The notes under the pieces were generated by a model. It did no database searches and was not told where the DNA came from. It saw only the letters and a list, made by a program, of their open reading frames with translations. Made by a program: the position numbers and the translations under genes. Shown here piece after piece: positions 57,701-64,000 of a DNA stretch of 64,000 bases. The stretch covers positions 171,430,001 through 171,494,000 of the forward strand of contig OZ038378.1 in assembly GCA_964036045.1 (NCBI GenBank), given 5' to 3'. Position 1 is the first letter of the stretch. Every line of letters begins with the position of its first letter. The stretch is from Eutreptiella sp. 'Long Island Sound 2002' (Eukaryota; Protista; Euglenida).

Positions 57701-58684
57701 GAGACCATTCCAAATACGGCAGGATTGTAATCTTGGACCCGGGGGGGGGCACCTCTTTGAGGTGCCTTGCCATAGGCGATAGAATTTGGCATCCAGGGCT
57801 GTCCTTCAGGAACGAAATTTTGTTTTCTGTGAAGAAGCAGGATATGGGTTTAGGGTGATTACAGCTATCTTGGAGCTGAGCTTCTGGCGCCAACTTGGAA
57901 TCCTTGTGCTGGACACCATGCAACACGAAAGAAAGATGATGTATGGGAAAATAAACAAGTGAAACCGGAAAACACATGATCGGTTTCCAAGCCAACCGGG
58001 CACCCCATCTGGGTTTTTCCGCATCAAAGACCATGGTGCAGACATCTTTGCCTCTTTCTGCAGACCGCCACAGATATTGACAGTGCGGTCGCACAAATCA
58101 CGGCGATAGTCGGCGAGCATGTGCTGCCGGAAGCGCCCAAGGATGGGGAAGAAGCCGATGCTTATGAAGCGTCGCGTCCCCTTGCAGGCTTTGAAAGTGC
58201 ATCAGATGTGGCAGCAACTTGCAGCCCCAATCATGTGTACAACGGTGCCTGGTGCAACAATCTTCAAGCGCCCAATGCAGGTGGCTTTGATGCTCTGCGC
58301 CTGGCTGTGGTACCCAATCACAACCAGCATGGGCCTGGTGCTGCAGGCGGCCACAGTTTGCAGTCGGTGGGCACTGGAGGCCACGATGCTCAGCCCCAGG
58401 CCCGCGGGCATTCCGTCAGCCTGCATGGGCCCAGTTCTGCTGGTGGCTGTCATCCGCAGGTGCTCTGTGCGGAACAGAGCAATCTGCAGGGACATAGTGC
58501 TGCTGCTGGCTGTGATGCTCAGCTCCAGGGCATCAACCCCTTGGGCGCCGAGGCTCCGCATGATGACAGGGATGAGGACTGTGGATGGGGAGATAACATC
58601 AACGCAGACGCCTTGTTGGAAGATGCGCTGGGCTTGCGGTGGGACTTGAACCCTCTTGGAGAAGAAATGGAAAGCGCAAGCTAA
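23149..58684 (+). CDS. Divergent TATA-binding-protein-related factor (TBP/TRF fold) with N- and long C-terminal extensions, 9 exons, 448 aa
   Basis: Core exons: 40008-40116 (IHPFTLSHVTVKFDCGVPLDCRAVALKFVNTEHDSQ), 43631-43723 (RPHRVYMRLRTPTKATCLIHNTGKVIVLGAR), 45591-45689 (SVQAAKQSALSCAKILHIMQPAVQFLDYCVINM), 46739-46837 (VAFYYVGHPIWLEELQAAHNEVAIYDAQIFSAV), 54791-54865 (RYRLMDPKCLCHVFANGNITITGVK) and 58064-58684 (TATDIDSAVAQITAIVGEH..stop). These join in frame via GT-AG and align nearly gap-free to both repeats of yeast/human TBP. Upstream exons 23149-23265, 39713-39776 and 39835-39904 are phase-compatible but have no homology support and are less certain (especially exon 1). Total 1347 nt. Confidence 0.85.
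23270..23362. repeat. (TG)n-(CG)n microsatellite at the start of TBP-like intron 1
   Basis: Direct inspection. It begins 4 nt after the GT donor at 23266. Confidence 0.97.
24595..24770 (-). repeat. ~30-bp minisatellite, reverse-complement relative of 7686-7992
   Basis: Unit close to CCCACCAGGAAATAACAGCAACCATCCAGAA, versus the reverse complement of the 7.7-kb unit, CCCTCCAGGAATTAACAGCGGTCATCCAGAA. Confidence 0.75.
26546..26625. repeat. 33-bp pyrimidine-rich tandem repeat (2.4 units)
   Basis: CCCTCCCTCCCTCCGTGCCTCCTCGCCATCCTT repeated. Confidence 0.85.
28011..28849. repeat. 423-bp tandem duplication in the Helitron 5' non-coding region
   Basis: ACCACACCGTGGCTCAAAACCGGC starts at 28015 and 28438, and the two copies are nearly identical. 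Confidence 0.95.
29003..29281. repeat. 93-bp tandem repeat x3 (partial fourth copy near 29395-29480) upstream of RepHel
   Basis: GCTCGCAACACC starts at 29003, 29096 and 29189. Confidence 0.95.
29643..37337 (+). CDS. Helitron RepHel (HUH Rep + Pif1/SF1B helicase) with C-terminal C2HC finger and J-domain; one in-frame TGA at 31755-31757
   Basis: ORFs 29442-31757 and 31770-37337 are in the same frame and separated only by one TGA. It has a DUF6570-like region (LPELTDLEERMLGR..RGHAISVPHD..WLRVLKVINPEY) and Rep motifs PSLFYTVAP, YECQGRGSLYFH, KYVVGYCSK. Helicase motifs are AGGGTGKS (34929-34952), LIVDEVSMV, FGGMCVVLMGDFVQLTPV, LVKQHR, TYHGVQC and YVGISRVR. It ends with the J-like YLKLSVQLHPNK..AYNLLKD. 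It may be a recently disabled copy. Confidence 0.93.
30114..30502 (+). repeat. In-frame coding minisatellite (36-48 bp) giving 10 copies of (K/R)EDKQRAGQAG(S)
   Basis: Seen directly in the translation of the RepHel N-terminal part. Confidence 0.95.
37480..39110. repeat. 105-110-bp satellite array (15 units) with higher-order ABC structure in the Helitron 3' region
   Basis: Core GTTCAGAGTGGGCAAGTGGGCTTTC occurs at 37541, 37646, 37756, 37866, 37970, 38080, 38190, 38300, 38410, 38515, 38625, 38735, 38840, 38950 and 39060. Confidence 0.96.
42049..42443. mobile_element. MITE-like element, ~395 bp, imperfect ~90-bp terminal inverted repeats
   Basis: GTCGGGTTTTTTATTCCGG(G)nTCAATAGAGCCC..GGGAAAAGGGCTCAATCGACAGG on the left mirrors CCTGTCAGTTGAGAGCC..GGGCTCTATTGA(C)nGGAAACGAAAACCCGGC on the right. 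Related copies are at 62392-62762 and 55630-55720. Confidence 0.75.
48207..48795. mobile_element. Foldback/Mutator-like MITE with ~225-bp terminal inverted repeats
   Basis: GGCATACCTTTGGCAGAATATCCCGCCCCT.. (48207) is mirrored by ..AGGGGCGGGATATTCTGCGAAAGGTATGCC (48795). The flanks GGGGTCAT / GGGGACAC match 6/8, a possible decayed 8-bp target-site duplication. Confidence 0.85.
48899..51370 (+). mobile_element. Decayed retroelement-like remnant bounded by ~170-bp direct repeats
   Basis: Direct repeats at 48899-49075 and 51211-51370. The interior ORF 50660-51067 has LYLAGKAKSLTKVTLLWRSITPLPQP, resembling the Y-x3-K..RPI..P segment of Penelope-like/non-LTR reverse transcriptases. No intact catalytic DD motif was found. 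Confidence 0.4.
52735..53375. repeat. Diverged tandem duplication, ~396-bp period, within a hairpin-bounded module
   Basis: CTTTCAAACGAGCCCAAC at 52765 and 53161, followed by shared ACGGTATG.TGGAGAACGA.CTCCGAC and ATGCTTGGTTGA blocks. Confidence 0.8.
55630..55720. mobile_element. Solo left-end fragment of the 42049-type MITE
   Basis: GGGGTCAATAGAGCCCCCCCAAACACTGGGG..GGGAAAAGGGCTCAATTGAC. Confidence 0.7.
55883..56385 (+). mobile_element. Diverged left-end fragment of the Helitron family at 27870
   Basis: TGTTACCTA..ACCAAGCTGGGT..GAGGTTTTACA..(CAG/AAG)n..CCGTGGCTCAAAA..GACGATCGTCCTGAAAGT..GGGCTATCAAATGAT is collinear with 27870-28270. No matching right end was found in the window. Confidence 0.85.
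56980..57530. repeat. AT-rich degenerate low-complexity array (A/T runs, CAACAAAAATTTTTT-like units)
   Basis: Direct inspection. The apparent F/K/Q/N-rich ORFs here are artefacts. Confidence 0.85.
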
Positions 58685-61600
58685 TTACAAGGGTAGAGCT
58701 CAGGTTGGGCATGAACAGGGCATAGCTGAATGGGTCAATTCTAACGACAGCAAACGCCATGTGCAGCTGTCTTTTGCTGATTGCAGTGCTGGAGCAGGGA
58801 TGACCAATTGTGTGCTACTGTATGTGGTGTTCGGGTTTAGGGCCAGAGATGGGAGAACCCCCCCTACCCCCCCCACCCCTCCCTGGGAATCAAAGGCCAA
58901 AAACCGTTTGTGCAGTTAAAAGTGAACTCAAGTTTCAGGCTTTTTGAGCACGTAGGCGTTTTTCTTCTGAGAGACAGGTCGGGACTCTCAAAAATTTGGA
59001 TACCATGCATGAGTTTGGACTGCCCCCCTTTCCTTTTGGAAATGCTCAGTGGGGTGGGGTGGGGTGCTGGTTTATGGGTATTTCATGATCCAGGCTCCCC
59101 TTTTCCCTGAATGATGTTTCTGGTGGTAGAATTTTTGATCAGAGGCCTCCACAGCAGGGGTCAGCCCCCTCGGCCCAACAGCTGCCAACACCTTTGTAGT
59201 CTCTGCAAACTGCCCAGCTTCTGCTGCTGCTCTGCTTCTTTGTCCAGCAGTAACTGCTTTTGTAACTTCCCCCTGCACAGAACCGTGAGAACCTCTTTGA
59301 ACCAATTCCCTCGCTTCAAGGGCGTAGCCTTAGGCAAAGGTTAAACCTGAATTAGCGGATTTAGTATCCTTCTGTGTCCCCAGCATGCAATAAGTATGCT
59401 ATGTCCTTCTTTGGCTGGCCCTGGGATGAGTTTGAAGGCAAGGTATCGCGTATGGCCTTGCCAGCCGCATCCTTGCAACTCTGCTGTGCCCCCTCACAGA
59501 GTCAAGGCTAGCTTTCTTTTCTGTCACTTTCCTGAAAGATAGCCCGTCCCACTCCTGCTGTACCCTTTTGGGCTTGGGTCCAGGGAGGTTGAATCCAGTA
59601 GGTGATCCCGTTAGCCATGCAATATGCAGATCCAGCTGTCTGTCAGGCCCCTGCAGACTCCATTCAGCAGCATTGAGGGAGTCTCTGCCTTGTGCGTGGG
59701 CGACAGGCATACTCAATGAGCCCCCTCGAGTTGCAAATCTGAGGTAAAACCAGTGAATTTGTGCAGCCAGACCAATTCCCTGATTCTGACTGCTCCCTGT
59801 TGCCTGCAGGCATGGTGCACATAGGGCAGACACTCCCCCATTGACTCAAGATATGGTCCAGTAGTGATGCTGCTCTGTTTGGTAGCAACCCCTGCAGTGC
59901 ACGCACCAGCAGGATAATCTTTTTCTGGCTTGAACCGCCTGCACTGTATCTTTGATATAGGCGCTTTTACCTTTTTTTAGTCCTCTGTCCTTATTGCTAC
60001 GTTTATGCTCATTGCTGAGCCCCTGTCCCCCCTCTTCCCTGTACAGTTGCCTTTAAGCTCATCAAGAGTATTGGGCACATTGGTCACCCACGATGGAACA
60101 TGGGCAGTCACAAGGCCAATAATCGCAGTGCATTTTCTGCTGCTCCAATGCCGTTGGTTATGTGGGTGCAATGCTGTGGTCTTGTTTTGTTGGATAAACA
60201 CTGTAGTCAAGAAGTGTGAGGTCGTTGCTGAAGTGAGCAGCTCTGGTACTTGATTCCAAGATGTCTGGGTGCCTTCTGGCTGTGGAGCCTCAGCCCATCA
60301 AATGCAGAAAGACATCGTTTGTTGACCAAGACCTTCACTAACCCATTCTACTTCACTTAACGGATCTGTGATTGGCTCCTCCTGACAGTGTCCCCTCAAC
60401 AGCATGATAGTTGATGCCAGTGTTTATTTGACACAAACCCCAAACAAAAACTGCACATCGTGGTTGAAAACACGTCGAAAGAACCAGACACTCAGAAAGT
60501 GTCGTGGAGGGGTGGTGGTGTTTAGCGTGGTTAATTCATTAAATTGCTCAAGCTCAACTTTCACGTTTCAGGGGGGGGGGGCGGGTGCAGTTTTGTGAGT
60601 GACCGCGGAACGTCTGCCCCACTGCTCGCCATTGCAACCTTCCAGCCCTGTGGCATTCACTCTTGTGCCAATGCTAACAGGCTTCACATTCAGTGACTCC
60701 TAGGCGGTGAAGTTTGGAGGGTGCTGTCCACAATTGATGTGGACAATTGTAGCAGACTGGTAAGAGGTTCTCTATCACCAAATATTGCACATTGGTGGTG
60801 TGTTGCACATCCAGGCATTTTGCATGTTTGCATGTGTGTTCTTTTGCGGTGTCCCTGCAGTCCCTCCCCTTTTGCCCTGTTGACCCTTTCTCTTTGGAGC
60901 CCCTGAAGAGGCAGTCCCCCAACGAGGACACGTGGCTGGGGGTGAAGTGATGATATTTTTGTAGTCTTCTTTGTTGTGGTGCTTGCCGATCCAACAATTT
61001 CAGATAAGCTCAGGATTTGATTTGACGGAGCACTATCTGATTCGATGTGGCTGGTGTTTAAGTTGATGAAGTTGATGACAAAGTTGATGCGGCCAATAAG
61101 CACACATTTGAGCCACAAGGTTCAAATCCTCAGAAATCATATCGCCAGATGAATTATTTGGCAGCATGGGCGGCTACAACATCCTGGACAGCCGCTTACT
61201 CTCCAAGTTGGCCTGTCCCAACCTGAAAATAGCTATAAGGCATGGAAATTCTGTCTAAGACCAGAAATGCCAACAGTTTTCAAAGTCCTTTAATGCTGCA
61301 GAAGCAATTTTTTTTTGCAGAAAAAAAAATCGACCGTGGCATTTTTTCAGTATGGGTTTTTCATTTGTTGATGTTGAGTGCTTGATACCGCATTCCCAAG
61401 CCTACCATGTGAAAGTCAATCAAAAAGTAATCCAACAGTAAAACAACTTTTGGTTCATTGGAATCCAACACAAGAGACCCAAGTTATGAGTCCGACAAGT
61501 TTTGTGTCTTTTGGCCTAGTTTGGTCAATTTTGCCCAGTCCGCCCGCTTGCTGCTGGTCAACATGGGTCATGTACAAGCCACGAGGGAGGATTTCCCCAT

Positions 61601-62391
61601 TGTTCTTGGCGAGAATCAACTATTTCCCCCTTTACTTGCCACCTCTCGCTCTCATTTGTCATGCAGAAAGAGGACACAAAAGTAGCAAAAAGAGGGACCC
61701 AGCATGGTGTAATTGCCCCACCTTCACAGCTTTCCAGCTTGCCAGAGCAGGCTTATCTTAGCATGGGGCGGCATTACATTGCTTTACGTCTGGATGTCAT
61801 GCCTGATACCTATGGAGGCAACCACATCATCATTGACGAAATTTCCATTGGGAGCGGTCATTTTTGTGCACCAAATGACCCATTTTCAGCCATTCCAAGG
61901 CAAAATTCAGATAGACATGCTTCATTGCTTGTGAGAACAAGGGTGTGAACCTGAAATTTCACGTTACCAACACTTCGTTGTGTTTGCATGCCTCTGGGAA
62001 CATGGGTGGAGGTTAAGATGCACCCATACCATGCGCTTACTCACGTGTCTTTCGGTAGTTGTATGTGTTGTGCCTATACTATGGCCTTGTCTAAGCTGCA
62101 GCGGGTGTAGGGACCGTTGTAATTCGGGGCTTTTGCGTAGCGGGGTTAGTTGGGACCGTAGCATACATGTAGTGTGCCATAGTGGGCTACGCTGTGTTTG
62201 GGGTGATCCTACTGGTCGCGGGCCCCATTCAACCATACAACTTACACCTAGTTGTCGCCTGTACATGGTGGGTGTGGGAGGGGGTAAGGTCAAAGGTCAA
62301 CAGGGCGGGTCTCTGCCACTGACCCCAGCTTCTTGTGAGTTCTTACGATTAAAACCTCTGGTGGGGGTGAGTATGGTGCTAGGGGGTTGGG

Positions 62392-62762
62392 TTTCCAACT
62401 GGAGTGGGGTGGGGTCAATAGAGACCCCCAAAACTGATTTGGGAAAAGTTGGGACAAGGGCTCAATTGACAGGATCATTAATCAACCATTATGAATTTTG
62501 ACCCCAAAGGCATTGAGCATTGAAAATGGTAAATTTTGTTTTTCACCAAACACGTGGCAAATGATGATTTTTCTGAACCCCCTCGACGCGGTGATCCTAA
62601 ATATCCCATTTTCATTTTTTGCCGGGTTTTGGGTCCGGGTCACCTGTGGGGCCTGGGGGTTAGTCTCAGTAGGATTTTGGGGGGGGGGACACCAATTGGA
62701 CATTTTTTGGGGGTGGGAGGGGGTTGAGCTAGAGGGCTGTATAGACCCCGCCCTAGTTGAAA
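62392..62762. mobile_element. Second, more diverged copy of the 42049-type MITE
   Basis: The interior matches 42130-42350 (GCAAATGATG.TTTTTCTGAACCCCCTCGACGCG..). The ends TTTCCAACTGG..GGGGTCAATAGAG and GGGCTGTATAGACCCCGCCCTAGTTGAAA are inverted relatives. Confidence 0.75.
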
Positions 62763-63027
62763 GCCTGATATCTGTGATCCCCCCAAAACATTGGAGTCTG
62801 TGTCATATCAGCGAGGTGATGTGGGTATGACAAACGACCATGGTTGTAGGTAGAGTGCTACTAACCTTGCTTGTGGGAGGGTTTGAGCCGACGTGGACGG
62901 CCCGTGAAACACTCGATGATGATGCTTCTGCGGGGGGTGGCGAGGACCTTATGCCTCAGATGCGGGGGTATCTGGTAGCTAAGTATCCGGTGCTTCATTC
63001 CCCAGTTGAAAGCCTGCCCGGCCTAGC

Positions 63028-63774
63028 CACAGAGAGAAACAAACGCACCGCGCGCACCGCACGCTCGTTTTTAGTTCGCGTTTTACACATTCGTGGCAGA
63101 TTTTCAGGGTGGCAGGGATGCGGTGGCCTAAGGGGTTAGCATCCAACAACGGAGGCCTTCCCACCAATGTCATCGTGGTTGTAGCTGCCCACACCCCCTG
63201 CCGGGGGGTTGAGCACAAAGAGACCTCCTCGGCACGGCCCACACCAAAGAGGGTGCCCCACAGGGTGCCCAAGCCCGCGGACCATTCGTTTCGACATGTT
63301 TCGCGGTTGGAACCTCACAGGTTGCTCAATTGTGTAAGGTGCCTCTTGGTTGGAGTACTCCTCCTCATTCTCTTCACCCTCCTCCTCAGCAGAAGTAAGG
63401 GATGTGCGCGACGTGGATGACGAGTCCGATGATGATGTGAGTTGTAGTGCAACGGAGCAAAGAGGTGAAGGTAACCAATGGGAAACAAAAAAGGATTCAG
63501 CACCTTGAAATGGGCTCACAACCCCACACCCATCATTGTTAGGGGCGACGGTCTCCAAGTGTGCCTCCCCTTGTGCAAGGAGGTGGGTGATCGCAAATTT
63601 TTGATCTCGTTGCCCTCCCACAAGCTCTACTTATGCTTATACTTATGTGGAGAGTGGTGTTTACAACCTGCTGTGACGAAGTGAAAAAATGGTGTGTTCA
63701 TGAAACAACGTGCACCAAACTGTGTGCACGGCGCGTGCTCACCGCGCGCACCGCGCGTTCGTTTCTCTACTGTG
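63028..63774. mobile_element. Possible short-TIR element containing an S/E-rich minus-strand frame
   Basis: CACAGAGAGAAACAAACGC (63028) is nearly the reverse complement of GCGTTCGTTTCTCTACTGTG (ends 63774). No target-site duplication was seen. Confidence 0.3.
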
Positions 63775-64000
63775 CCATCGTCTTGCTCCTCATACGCACG
63801 CAACCACAGTGAATCCCATAGTCGTCCCTAGGCTGCTGGCCTCATTGGACTGCACTAGGTGTATTTTCCCCCGCCGCAAGTGTTTGCTGTTTGTTGCCAT
63901 TGTTCCAGAGGGGGGGCTCACTGTCCTCTGAGCCCATGCTTGAGCCACCACTGTCACCACTCTGTTGTGGTTCAAGACAGTGAAGACAATGAAGACAATG

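Noticed and set aside
59170-61140. Scattered coding-like minus-strand segments (e.g. KLQKQLLLDKEAEQQQKLGSLQRLQ near 59190-59272)
   Set aside because: Could not be chained into a gene or matched to a family. A convergent gene here remains possible.

Overview
Repeat-rich eukaryotic nuclear DNA. Long GT-AG introns, (TG)n tracts, poly-C/G runs and a T-rich..AG acceptor just before each start codon would fit a trans-splicing euglenid-like genome, but the taxon is inference only. Almost all short six-frame ORFs are noise, so I rebuilt the real genes by hand-splicing exons. (1) An 8-exon ERGIC3/Erv46 gene (minus, 8555-13749, 396 aa). (2) A 2-exon glycine-cleavage H-protein paralogue whose lipoyl-lysine hairpin is replaced by a ~19-aa insertion (16485-17389). 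(3) tRNA-Leu(UAG) plus a degenerate tRNA-like copy. (4) A 9-exon, 35.5-kb divergent TATA-binding-protein-like gene (plus, 23149-58684, 448 aa). Its first repeat has lost the DNA-intercalating residues, its second keeps them, and it has a ~187-aa C-terminal tail. (5) In intron 1 of that gene, an ~11.7-kb Helitron2/Helentron-type rolling-circle transposon (about 27870-39563). Its single ~2560-codon RepHel frame has N-terminal Cys repeats, a C-terminal C2HC finger plus J-domain, paired terminal hairpins/inverted motif and a higher-order 105-110-bp satellite. The rest is MITEs, a foldback element, decayed retroelement pieces and mini/microsatellites.
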